From Candidatus Omnitrophota bacterium (GTDB taxonomy: Bacteria; Omnitrophota; Gorgyraeia; Velamenicoccales; JABMQK01), in the NCBI GenBank assembly GCA_028711115.1, contig JAQTSV010000001.1, positions 774,032 through 838,031 on the forward strand: a DNA stretch of 64,000 nt. Direction: 5' to 3'. The notes beneath the pieces are model-generated. The model saw only the letters and a program-made list of their open reading frames with translations, was not told the DNA's origin and searched no databases. Below, in pieces: positions 27,536 to 36,104 of the stretch. The position numbers and the translations under genes were made by a program. Position 1 is the first letter of the stretch; every line of letters starts with the position of its first letter.

Positions 27536-28375
27536 TTATTGCCCCATGATTCTTCTTTTATTTTTGGCTGTGTCTAGAATTTTAATGAGCTGCTTTTTTT
27601 GGTTTTTTGTTATAGTTTTTTTAATCCTTTTTATCTTTTGTTCAAATGCGGATAGCGATTTTAACACTTCTTTTTTATTGCTTAGAAAAATATCGCTCCA
27701 TATTTCGGCGTCGGATAATGCAATGCGCGTTGTGTCTTTTAATCCGCTTGCACCAAAATTAAGAAATTTGTCCGGGACAGTATCGATAAGGCAGAATGAC
27801 GCTATGTGCGCAAGATGGCTTGTGTAGGAAAGAATTTTGTCGTGTTCTGCGGCGGAAAGCACTATTACATCGGCATTAAGTTTCTTCCAGAATAGTTTTA
27901 TTTTATTCAAAGATCCTTTCTTTGTTTTATTTGTAGGCGTAATTATTACTTTGGAATTATCGAATAGGTTAGCGTAACTGAATCCCGCTCCTTTTTTTTC
28001 TGAGCCGGCTAACGGGTGCGTGCCTACAAAATCAAGTTTTAATTTATCGGCGGCCTGGGTTATTTTAAGTTTCGTGCTGCCCGCGTCCATAATAATAACT
28101 TTCTTATCTTTGGATATTTTCTTAATTTGAGATAAAAAATTTATTATTTGGCTTATGGGCAAAGCCAGGATTATTAAATCGCTATTTTTGATTGATTTTC
28201 TTAAATCAAGGCTTGCCTCGTCGACAATCCTATCTTTTACGGCTTTGTTTAATTTTGTTTTGTTTCTGAAAAACCCCACAATTTTATTGCAGAGTTTTTT
28301 TCTTTTGATAGATTTTGCCAGCGAGCCGCCGATTAATCCTACGCCGATTATGCTTATTTGATTAAATAAAGGCAT
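27536..28375 (-). CDS. tyrA: prephenate dehydrogenase
   Basis: 279 aa with a Rossmann motif (IIGVGLIGGS) and GTHPLAGSEK. Confidence 0.9.
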   Translation of the reverse strand: MPLFNQISIIGVGLIGGSLAKSIKRKKLCNKIVGFFRNKTKLNKAVKDRIVDEASLDLRKSIKNSDLIILALPISQIINFLSQIKKISKDKKVIIMDAGSTKLKITQAADKLKLDFVGTHPLAGSEKKGAGFSYANLFDNSKVIITPTNKTKKGSLNKIKLFWKKLNADVIVLSAAEHDKILSYTSHLAHIASFCLIDTVPDKFLNFGASGLKDTTRIALSDAEIWSDIFLSNKKEVLKSLSAFEQKIKRIKKTITKNQKKQLIKILDTAKNKRRIMGQ

Positions 28376-29391
28376 TAAATATCCCTGTTAATTGCTTTGG
28401 TTAATATTTCTAAATCTTTCATTAGATCAGCAAAACGCTGCGGAACAAGCGACTGGCTTCCGTCGGACAAAGCCTCTTCGGGCTTGGTGTGCACTTCTAT
28501 AAGAAGACCATCAGCTCCTACAGCCACAGCTGCCTTGGCAAGCGGCGACACAAGCCCCCATTTTCCCGAGGCGTGGCTTGGATCGACAACCACAGGCAGA
28601 TGTGAAAGATTTTTAATTACAGGAACAGCGCTTAAGTCCAAAGTGTTTCGCGTTGCGTCTTCAAATGTACGGATACCTCTTTCGCAGAGGATTACGTTGA
28701 AATTTCCTTCCGACAAAATGTATTCGGCGGACATAAGAAGTTCCTTTATCGTAGAGGAAAGGCCTCGCTTTAACAATACGACTTTCTTTGTCTGGCCCAC
28801 TTCTTTTAATAGATTGAAGTTTTGCATATTTCTTGCGCCTATCTGCAGAACATCGCTGTATTTGCAGACCAGTTCCACGTCGCGCGTATCCATAACTTCC
28901 GTGACAGTCGGCATATTAAGTTCTTTGCCGACTTGTTTTAGGTATTTTAAACCTTCTTCGCCCAATCCTTGAAAACTGTAAGGAGAAGTGCGCGGCTTGA
29001 ATGCGCCGCCACGTAAAATCGTTGCGCCCGCTTGTTTTATTTTCTTTGCGATTTCATATAACGTATCGTAATTTTCAATTGCGCAAGGCCCGGCGATAAC
29101 AGCAATTTTCTTATCGCCTATTCTTACGTCTTTATTTAATTTTACAATTGTATCTTTGGGCTGAAATTCGCGCGAAACCAGTTTATACGGCGCCAAAACA
29201 GGCATTACCTTTTCTACGCCGGGAAATACCTCCAAAGGCGTTACGCGCAGAACATCCTCAGGCCCGATTACGCCGATAATTGTGCGTTCAGTGCCCTTGG
29301 AAATATTTGGCTTTAAACCAAGCTTCTTTACCCTTTTTAATATGTGGTCAATCTGTTTTTTTGTGGCATTTGGTTTTAAGACAACAATCAT
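28375..29391 (-). CDS. aroF: 3-deoxy-7-phosphoheptulonate (DAHP) synthase, type I-beta with N-terminal regulatory domain
   Basis: 338 aa with MIVVLKP (a ferredoxin-like N-domain), GPCAIEN, KPRTSPYSFQG and DPSHASG. Confidence 0.9.
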   Translation of the reverse strand: MIVVLKPNATKKQIDHILKRVKKLGLKPNISKGTERTIIGVIGPEDVLRVTPLEVFPGVEKVMPVLAPYKLVSREFQPKDTIVKLNKDVRIGDKKIAVIAGPCAIENYDTLYEIAKKIKQAGATILRGGAFKPRTSPYSFQGLGEEGLKYLKQVGKELNMPTVTEVMDTRDVELVCKYSDVLQIGARNMQNFNLLKEVGQTKKVVLLKRGLSSTIKELLMSAEYILSEGNFNVILCERGIRTFEDATRNTLDLSAVPVIKNLSHLPVVVDPSHASGKWGLVSPLAKAAVAVGADGLLIEVHTKPEEALSDGSQSLVPQRFADLMKDLEILTKAINRDI

Positions 29392-30482
29392 TTTTCCTCC
29401 TTAAGAATTTTCTTTAACGTCCGGATAAATAATTTATTTTCCCAAGGCTTACCGATAGTAACCCTTACGAAATTTTCCAGTCCGTATTGTTTCAAATCGC
29501 GGATTATTATCCCTTTCTTCAGAAGTTGCTTGCAAAGGGCTAATCCGTCCATTTCGGTTTTAAACATTATAAAATTTGCCTGCGAAGGCACGTATTCTAT
29601 ATTCATTTTCTTAAATTCCTGGTAGATCTTTTTTCTTTCTGCGATGATTAATTTTCTTGTCTTCTCTAAGAATTTATCATCGTTTAATACTGCTTGCGCA
29701 GCGCGCTGGGCAAGCGTATTGACATTAAACGGCTGCCTTATTTTCTCCATGGCTTTGATAAAAGTCGAATTTGCCACGGCGTAACCAATTCTTAAGCCCG
29801 CCAGGCCATAAGCCTTTGAGAATGTACGCAACACTATAAGATTTTCAGAATTTATTTTATCAATCGTCCCGGGAAAATCATCCACGTCGGTAAAATCCCA
29901 ATATGCCTCATCAACTACAATCAGTTTATCTTTTGGTACTTCTTTTATGAATTTAGATAATTCGTTTTCGTTAACGTATGTCCCCGTAGGGTTATTGGGA
30001 TTGGCGATAAATATAACTTTTGTCTTTTCGTTTATGTTATTCTTTATCGCATCCAAATCATAACGGAAATTTTTCAAAGGGATACAGTTTTCTCTAAACC
30101 CGTTTGCCTTGGCGATTATTTCATATTCCACGAAAGTGGTTTGCGAAGTTAGAACCTCTTCCCCGGCGTTTAGGAAAGTCTTTATGATGATGTCGATAAT
30201 TTCGTCAGAGCCGTTGCCAAACAATATATTGTCCGGGCTTAAGCGTAATTTTTTCGCTAAAGTGTTTTTTAGATAGTAACAGCTGCCGTCGGGATAACGA
30301 AATACCTCATTAAGGCTTTTTTGTATAGCCTTTTTTGCCTTTGGAGAAACGCCGAAGGGATTTTCGTTGGAAGCAAGCTTTATCACTTTCTTAATCCCCA
30401 TTTCCCTTTGCACCAAATCTATGGGTTTTCCGGGAACATAGGCGTTTATTCTGTCTATATCTTTTCTCAAGATTTCTTTCAT
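29388..30482 (-). CDS. hisC: histidinol-phosphate/aromatic aminotransferase
   Basis: 364 aa with LASNENPFG, NPNNPTG and the PLP lysine in TFSKAYGLAGLRIGY. Confidence 0.9.
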   Translation of the reverse strand: MKEILRKDIDRINAYVPGKPIDLVQREMGIKKVIKLASNENPFGVSPKAKKAIQKSLNEVFRYPDGSCYYLKNTLAKKLRLSPDNILFGNGSDEIIDIIIKTFLNAGEEVLTSQTTFVEYEIIAKANGFRENCIPLKNFRYDLDAIKNNINEKTKVIFIANPNNPTGTYVNENELSKFIKEVPKDKLIVVDEAYWDFTDVDDFPGTIDKINSENLIVLRTFSKAYGLAGLRIGYAVANSTFIKAMEKIRQPFNVNTLAQRAAQAVLNDDKFLEKTRKLIIAERKKIYQEFKKMNIEYVPSQANFIMFKTEMDGLALCKQLLKKGIIIRDLKQYGLENFVRVTIGKPWENKLFIRTLKKILKEEK

Positions 30483-30490
30483 AGTTTTAT

Positions 30491-31552
30491 TTATTCACAC
30501 CTTGGATACGAACCTAAAATTTTCAGGAATTTACATTTCTTATCCAGTTCTTGCAGCGCTTTCTTTACGTTAGAATCATCTTTGTGCCCGCTTAAATCCA
30601 GATAGAAATAATAATCCCATGCCCTTTTTTTGGAAGGGCGCGATTCTATTTTAGTCAGGTTTATTTTATATTTTTTGAAAGGAACCAGCATATCGTGCAA
30701 GGCTCCCACCTTATCTTTTATCGAAAACATTATTGATGTCTTGTCTTCTTTCGTAGGCATAACATCATTTTTGGAAATTACCAAAAACCTCGTAATATTG
30801 TGAGGGCTGTCTTCAATCTCCTTGGCAATAATTTTCAAATCGTATACCTTGGCAGCCAACGTAGACGCAATGCAAGCCGCGTTTTTTTCTTTTGATGCGA
30901 TCTGCGCTGCCTTGGTGGTTGAAGAAACTTCTATCAATTCGGCTTTCGGTAAATGCACCTGCAGCCATATACGGCACTGCCCGAATACCTCAAGTTTGGA
31001 ATACACTTTTTTAATGTCTTTCAGTCGGCAATTCGCCAAAAGATTGTGAGTAATGTTTAGCATTATCTCGGCGCAGATTTTCAAATCTGAATCCATGAAC
31101 ATATCCAGCGTGTGGCTTACCGCGCCTTCGATAGAATTTTCAATAGGCACGACACCATAATCAGAGTTTCCCCTTTCTACGTCCAAGAACACTTCGCTTA
31201 TGCTGTCGCAGGAGCTGTAGGAAACCATCGAACCGAATTTATGCAGCGCTGCCAGGTGGGTAAATGTTGCCTGCGGACCCAGATAAGCAATGGTCAAAGG
31301 TTTTTCCAAAGACAGGCTGCTGGACATTATTTCTCTGTAGATTGCATTCAGGGCCTCATTAGCCATAGGGCCTTTATTCATTTTCTTAATGTTTGTGATT
31401 ACTTCTTTTTCCCTGTCCGGGGCATAAGTTTCTTTATCTAATTTTCTTTTTATTGAACCGATTTCTTTTGAAAGCCCGGCTCTTTTATTGAGCAGACCAA
31501 TAATCGCCCTGTCCAAAGAATCAATTCTTTTTCTTATATTTTTAATTTGCAT
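30491..31552 (-). CDS. pheA: bifunctional chorismate mutase / prephenate dehydratase
   Basis: 353 aa with an N-terminal CM helix domain, a PDT domain (AYLGPQATFTH) and an ACT domain (ESRPSKK). Confidence 0.9.
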   Translation of the reverse strand: MQIKNIRKRIDSLDRAIIGLLNKRAGLSKEIGSIKRKLDKETYAPDREKEVITNIKKMNKGPMANEALNAIYREIMSSSLSLEKPLTIAYLGPQATFTHLAALHKFGSMVSYSSCDSISEVFLDVERGNSDYGVVPIENSIEGAVSHTLDMFMDSDLKICAEIMLNITHNLLANCRLKDIKKVYSKLEVFGQCRIWLQVHLPKAELIEVSSTTKAAQIASKEKNAACIASTLAAKVYDLKIIAKEIEDSPHNITRFLVISKNDVMPTKEDKTSIMFSIKDKVGALHDMLVPFKKYKINLTKIESRPSKKRAWDYYFYLDLSGHKDDSNVKKALQELDKKCKFLKILGSYPRCE

Positions 31553-31553
31553 T

Positions 31554-32240
31554 TTAGGACCTCTTTGGTATATCTGTTGTTTCCTCTTTTTTATCTATAA
31601 TTTCTTTGGGGTTTTCTTCAGCAGGCGATACAGATTCATTATTTGTTGTCTGGTTATTTTCTATTTCCTCTTCTTCCAGAGGAGTTATCTCTGCCGTTTC
31701 CCTTTCGCTCAGAGATTGTACAAAATCCTCCACCGGTGGAAGTTCTTGCAGCGAGTTAAGCCCGAAGTATTCCAGGAAATTCCTGGTCGTGCCATAAACG
31801 AAAGGTCTGCCTACAACTTCTTTTCTGCCCACGATGCGGATAAGGGATTTTTCTATAAGATTTTTTATTACACCGTCGACATTTACCCCTCTTATGGCTT
31901 CAATTTCTACTTTGGTTACTGGTTGTTTATAGGCAACAATGGCCAATGTTTCCAAAGATGGCAGAGTAAGTTTTTCCGCATGTTTTATTTTATAGAATTT
32001 CTTTATGAAAGTGGCGTAGTTTGGCGAAGTTAACATTTGGTAGCCACCGGCAACTTCTATAAGTTTTATGCCGCTGTTCCGCTGCTCGTAATCTTTTTTT
32101 ATTTCTTCAACTATGGATTTAATTGTTTCCAGATCCAGACCTTCCAGGACATTAAGAATTTCCTCTGCGGAGACAGGCCTTTCGCTGATGAATATTATTG
32201 CCTCTACGGCGCCTTTTAATTCAGTATTTATGCTGCTCAT
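31554..32240 (-). CDS. scpB: SMC-Scp complex subunit ScpB
   Basis: 228 aa with VEAIIFISERPVS, GGYQMLT, LSLPSLETLAIVAYKQPVT and GRPFVYGTT. Confidence 0.9.
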   Translation of the reverse strand: MSSINTELKGAVEAIIFISERPVSAEEILNVLEGLDLETIKSIVEEIKKDYEQRNSGIKLIEVAGGYQMLTSPNYATFIKKFYKIKHAEKLTLPSLETLAIVAYKQPVTKVEIEAIRGVNVDGVIKNLIEKSLIRIVGRKEVVGRPFVYGTTRNFLEYFGLNSLQELPPVEDFVQSLSERETAEITPLEEEEIENNQTTNNESVSPAEENPKEIIDKKEETTDIPKRS

Positions 32241-32241
32241 C

Positions 32242-32862
32242 TTATTTTGTCTTCTGTCTGTATACTTCGTTAAGCAATTCTTCAGTGCTTTTGATATCCG
32301 GGCAACGGCTTATTGCTTTTTCTATCATTTCTTTTGCTTCTTGCTTTTTATATTGTAGTTTTGAAAGGACTTCCATGGCTTCTTTTTTGATATCTTCTGC
32401 GACATTGATTACAGCTTCTTCCTTTTCGTCTTGGATGAGCCCGAATTTGCCCATTTTGCCCTGAAGCTTGGCAATGATTTCTTTTGCCCTCTGTTTTCCT
32501 ATGCCTGGCAGGGAACAAAGCAAGGCGACGTCGCCTTCGTTAATTCCCTTGGCGATGATGGATATGGGCTTATTGATTGCTCTCAGCGCTGCGCGCGGCC
32601 CGATTCCCGATACAGTAATAAACAGCTCAAAGAATTCTTTTTCTATTTCATTAACAAATCCGATTAATACCGGTATGCTTTTTGAAGGCTCTACCTGTAA
32701 ATAATGATATGTAATGAATTTTATCTGGCCATCCTGTATAAATTCATCTAATCTCGACATTACTATGGAAGGGATTAATACTTCATAGCAGATGCCGTTT
32801 GTATCCAGGACAATGCGGTCATTCTTTTTCTGGATAATCTTTCCGTTAATTTGAGCAATCAT
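32242..32862 (-). CDS. ruvA: Holliday junction branch migration protein RuvA
   Basis: 206 aa with MIAQINGKI and the HhH motifs VSGIGPRAA and LPGIGKQRAKEI. Confidence 0.95.
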   Translation of the reverse strand: MIAQINGKIIQKKNDRIVLDTNGICYEVLIPSIVMSRLDEFIQDGQIKFITYHYLQVEPSKSIPVLIGFVNEIEKEFFELFITVSGIGPRAALRAINKPISIIAKGINEGDVALLCSLPGIGKQRAKEIIAKLQGKMGKFGLIQDEKEEAVINVAEDIKKEAMEVLSKLQYKKQEAKEMIEKAISRCPDIKSTEELLNEVYRQKTK

Positions 32863-33359
32863 GATAGCTTAAGTAATTTTTCGCTTTTGGCAATATAAGA
32901 GTGAGCTATGGCTAGAGAAAGTGCATCAGTTATATCCAGCGGTATTTTACTTTTATCTCTTATGCCAAGCATGTTTAATACCATGTGTTGAGTCTGCAAT
33001 TTTGAAGCATTGCCTCTGCCTAAGACTGCTTTTCTTGTTCTGGTGGCGGCGTATTCAAATAATTTTATATTATTCTGCGCGCATACCAGGCATATTATGC
33101 CGCGGGCGTGTCCCAAAAGACATGCCGTAACCGGATGTTTGTAGTGTGCGTATAATTTTTCCAGGACAATTGCATCTAATTTGTATCTTTTAACGATGTT
33201 CGCTAAATCCGTATAAATTTTTGAGAGCCTGATTTCGATGTTGTCTTTGGGTTGTGTCCTTATATAACCAGCTTCGATGAATTTCAGATTGTTTTGGTTT
33301 TCTTCGATTATGCCGTAACCGGTAGTATTTAAGCCAGGGTCTATCCCCAGTATAAGCAT
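32859..33359 (-). CDS. ruvC: crossover junction endodeoxyribonuclease RuvC
   Basis: 166 aa with ILGIDPGLNTTGYGII and DALSLAIAH. Confidence 0.95.
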   Translation of the reverse strand: MLILGIDPGLNTTGYGIIEENQNNLKFIEAGYIRTQPKDNIEIRLSKIYTDLANIVKRYKLDAIVLEKLYAHYKHPVTACLLGHARGIICLVCAQNNIKLFEYAATRTRKAVLGRGNASKLQTQHMVLNMLGIRDKSKIPLDITDALSLAIAHSYIAKSEKLLKLS

Positions 33360-33364
33360 AGCGA

Positions 33365-34111
33365 TTATTGATTTTCTTTCAGTATCTCGTCAGGAATGTC
33401 AAAATTGGCATAGACATGTTGGACGTCTTCGTGTTCTTCCAGCGATTCCACCAGTTCTAAGTTTGTTTTTGCATCGGCGCCCGTAACTTCTATCGTAGAA
33501 GAAGGTATCATGGTAATCTCGGCACTTTGAATTTTAATATTCTTTTGTTCGATTGCCTTTTTTACTTTTTCCAAATCCGCAGGTGCGGTAGTAATTTCAT
33601 ATACTTCTTCTTCTGTCTTCATATCTTCTGCGCCGGCATCGAGGACTATATTCATTAACTTTTCTTCTTCGATATCTTTTTTTTCAATTGCGATATAACC
33701 TTTTTTATTGAACATCCAGGCCACAGAGCCAGCCCCGGCTAAATTTCCGTTTTTCTTGGAAAACAGATTGCGCAATTCAGCAGTGGTCCTGTTTTTATTA
33801 TCAGTCAGAGTTTCCACCATAATCGCTACACCTTTAGGGCCGTAGCCTTCATAACTCATCTCTTCGTAAACGATGCCCGGTAATTCCCCCGTTCCTTTTT
33901 TAATAGCATTTTCTATGTTTGATGTCGGCATATTTTGCGATTTGGCTCTGATAATAGCCGCGCGCAATCTTACATTGGTTTCAGCATTGCCTCCGCCCTG
34001 ACGTGCAGCAGCAGTAAGTTCCCTTATTAACTTTGTAAACATAGCGCCCCTTTTGGCATCAGTGGCAGCTTTTTTATGTTTGATACTCGCCCATTTTGAA
34101 TGTCCCGACAT
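33365..34111 (-). CDS. yebC: YebC/PmpR family DNA-binding transcriptional regulator
   Basis: 248 aa with MSGHSKWASIKHKKAATDAKRG. Confidence 0.95.
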   Translation of the reverse strand: MSGHSKWASIKHKKAATDAKRGAMFTKLIRELTAAARQGGGNAETNVRLRAAIIRAKSQNMPTSNIENAIKKGTGELPGIVYEEMSYEGYGPKGVAIMVETLTDNKNRTTAELRNLFSKKNGNLAGAGSVAWMFNKKGYIAIEKKDIEEEKLMNIVLDAGAEDMKTEEEVYEITTAPADLEKVKKAIEQKNIKIQSAEITMIPSSTIEVTGADAKTNLELVESLEEHEDVQHVYANFDIPDEILKENQ

Positions 34112-34180
34112 TTAAACCTCCTTAACTATAAAAACTATAAATCAAATATAACTTGTAAGTTTTGATTAAACTAAAAACGA

Positions 34181-34616
34181 GGCAAGTCAGATAAGCCGAG
34201 TTCTGTTTTCCTTCGCCCTAAGGCGAAAGACGATGACCATTCCTCTAACCTCAAGAATTACTTCTTGAAGTTAAGCAACCGACCCGCTTTAACCTATCTT
34301 TGGATATTTGCGACGGACAGCCATATCACCTTGACGGTGGGTTAAAGCCTTTAGATATTGCTCCACGCAGAGATTGTCGCGTTTCACTTCCTTCCACATC
34401 AAGATACTTTGTGAGTAGCCTGGTATGGAACTGCTCGTCTCTGTGACTCTCCCCGAAAACAAATCGCTTTATTTTCAGGGCACCTACTTTTGGTAAGTGA
34501 TCCTCCTCACCAATATGCTTAGTGAGTGTCCCGAGATTATCGGAATGCGTTGTCCTCTGGAGCTCGGACTTTCCTATTGCTAGACTAAGCCCAGCAATTG
34601 GTCATCCTGACTTGCC
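34181..34616 (-). ncRNA. rnpB: RNase P RNA (bacterial type A)
   Basis: The minus strand 5' end is GGCAAGTCAGGATGACC...AATAGGAAAGTCCGAGCTCC and the 3' end is ...GGAAAACAGAACTCGGCTTATCTGACTTGCC. P1 pairs GGCAAGTCAG with CTGACTTGCC. The region is otherwise non-coding. Confidence 0.9.
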
Positions 34617-35050
34617 TTTGTTTTTTTCTTTTTTGAAAGAACAGGCCGTTTTTCTATGGCTGTGACAGCCAGTTTGTCAGCGCCTTTATTTTTTTCTCGA
34701 GGTATGTTTATAATATCTATCTTTTCAAAACCGCTCCATAAATGTCTGACCAGGGTGTTTAACATTTTTAAAGTTTCGTCTTTTACTTTATATTCACCCT
34801 TGATTTGTTTATAAAGTAATTCGCTATCGGTATTAATGTGTATGCTTCTTATGTTTTTAATCAGTGCTTCTTGAAGCCCGTATATCAGTGCCATATATTC
34901 AGCCACATTATTTGTGGTGATACCGATATGCTGAGAAATATTTTTTATAATATGATCTCCCTGACAGATGATTACTCCGATTCCTGATTCGCCGGGATTG
35001 CCTTGGCAGGCCCCGTCGACATACATATCATATTTAAGTTGTGGGTTCAT
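34580..35050 (-). CDS. rnhA: ribonuclease HI family protein
   Basis: MYVDGACQGNPGESGIGV, NNVAEYMAL, TDSELL and NKGADKLA (the DEDD catalytic set). The start is ambiguous (GTG 35074, ATG 35050 or ATG 35026). The last ~12 codons overlap the 5' end of rnpB. Confidence 0.85.
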   Translation of the reverse strand: MNPQLKYDMYVDGACQGNPGESGIGVIICQGDHIIKNISQHIGITTNNVAEYMALIYGLQEALIKNIRSIHINTDSELLYKQIKGEYKVKDETLKMLNTLVRHLWSGFEKIDIINIPREKNKGADKLAVTAIEKRPVLSKKKKTKASQDDQLLGLV

Positions 35051-35765
35051 CAGGGATATATAATATTCTTGCACACATCTCGCAGAAGATTAATTTATCA
35101 TTCATCTTGATTTCATTTATTACCTGCGGAGGCACGTTCATGTAACAACCTTGGCAGGAGTCATTGACTACTTTTACCAGTGCCAGGCTTTCTTTTCCTT
35201 TGATGATGCGGTTATATTGCGATAATATTCTTGCGTCTACTTCTTTCTCCGCCACTGCCCTTTTTGATTCCAGGTCTGCAATCTGAGCCTCTATTTCTTT
35301 TACACGGGATAATATCTTCTGTTTTTCCTCGTTAAACTTTCCTTCCTCTTCTTTTACGACTATCTGCAGCTTTTCTAATTCTTGCCTTAAACCGTCCTGT
35401 TCATCGAACATCTTTAGAATTTCTTCTTCTAGAAGAGACTTATCCATTTTGACGCCGTTTATCTCTGTAAGAAGCGCAGAATATTCTTTGTTTGTCTTCA
35501 AAGTGTAGAGTTTAGCCTGAAGTTTCTTTATGTCTTCTTCTTTAACGGCTAATTGTCCTTCTTTATCTTTTCTTTTAAGTAGAAGTGCTTTGGATTTTTC
35601 TTCGTTTTCTTTCAGGATTTGTTTCTTTTGTTCAAATTCACTCTGAAGCCTCTCTAAAATCTTAGGTTTTTCTTCCTTTTCTCTATTTAAACTATAGAGT
35701 TGAGTGTCAATCTCTTGAAGTTTGACCAGTTTCTTTATTTCTGTCGCAATGTTAACTGTCTGCAA
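35034..35765 (-). CDS. coiled-coil C4 zinc-ribbon protein (COG1579 family)
   Basis: 243 aa. A long heptad-rich coiled coil is followed by a C-terminal CQGCYMNVPPQ...FCEMCARILY zinc ribbon. Confidence 0.8.
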   Translation of the reverse strand: MQTVNIATEIKKLVKLQEIDTQLYSLNREKEEKPKILERLQSEFEQKKQILKENEEKSKALLLKRKDKEGQLAVKEEDIKKLQAKLYTLKTNKEYSALLTEINGVKMDKSLLEEEILKMFDEQDGLRQELEKLQIVVKEEEGKFNEEKQKILSRVKEIEAQIADLESKRAVAEKEVDARILSQYNRIIKGKESLALVKVVNDSCQGCYMNVPPQVINEIKMNDKLIFCEMCARILYIPDEPTT

Positions 35766-35794
35766 TTTAATATCCTTAGATTGTATTCATAAAA

Positions 35795-35868
35795 TGGGCG
35801 ATACAGGATTCGAACCTGTGACCTTCGCGATGTGAACGCGACGCTCTAACCAATTGAGCTAACCGCCC
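35795..35868 (-). tRNA. tRNA-Val (anticodon CAC)
   Basis: Hand-folded: GGGCGGT acceptor, anticodon arm TCGCG-TTCACAT-CGCGA, T arm ACAGG-TTCGAAT-CCTGT. Confidence 0.9.
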
Positions 35869-35875
35869 TTTTATA

Positions 35876-35950
35876 TGGGCCCACGAGGATTCGAACCTCG
35901 GACCAAGTGATTATGAGCCACCTGCTCTGACCGGCTGAGCTATGGGCCCC
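35876..35950 (-). tRNA. tRNA with CAU anticodon (elongator; Ile2-lysidine type or Met)
   Basis: GGGGCCC acceptor with a G1-C72 pair, so it is not an initiator. The anticodon loop is CTCATAA. The arm AGCAGGTGGCTCATAATCACTTGGTC resembles E. coli tRNA-Ile2 as I recall it. Confidence 0.85.
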
Positions 35951-35973
35951 AGTTTTTTAAATATTGGCTATTT

Positions 35974-36002
35974 ATTATATAGTTAGGAATGTGATAAATC
36001 AA
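35974..36002 (-). promoter_or_regulatory. near-consensus sigma70 promoter for the tRNA pair
   Basis: The minus strand reads TTGATT-17 nt-TATAAT, with the -10 ending about 24 nt upstream of the first tRNA. Confidence 0.65.
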
Positions 36003-36104
36003 GAAGAAATTTGTATTTGGAAGGACTGCTATGTGTATTTGCTGACTGGATCTTATTCCTTGAGCTATAATTAGTTAAGCCGTTTGATAATCAGGCGCGA
36101 AAGT

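Noticed and set aside
34580-35074. The RNase H / 'reverse-transcriptase-like' ORF, considered as a hint of a retroelement (retron, DGR or group II intron).
   Set aside because: Only the RNase HI domain is present. There are no RT motifs (YxDD), no template/variable repeat pair and no intron-like RNA. The adjacent structured RNA is plainly RNase P RNA.
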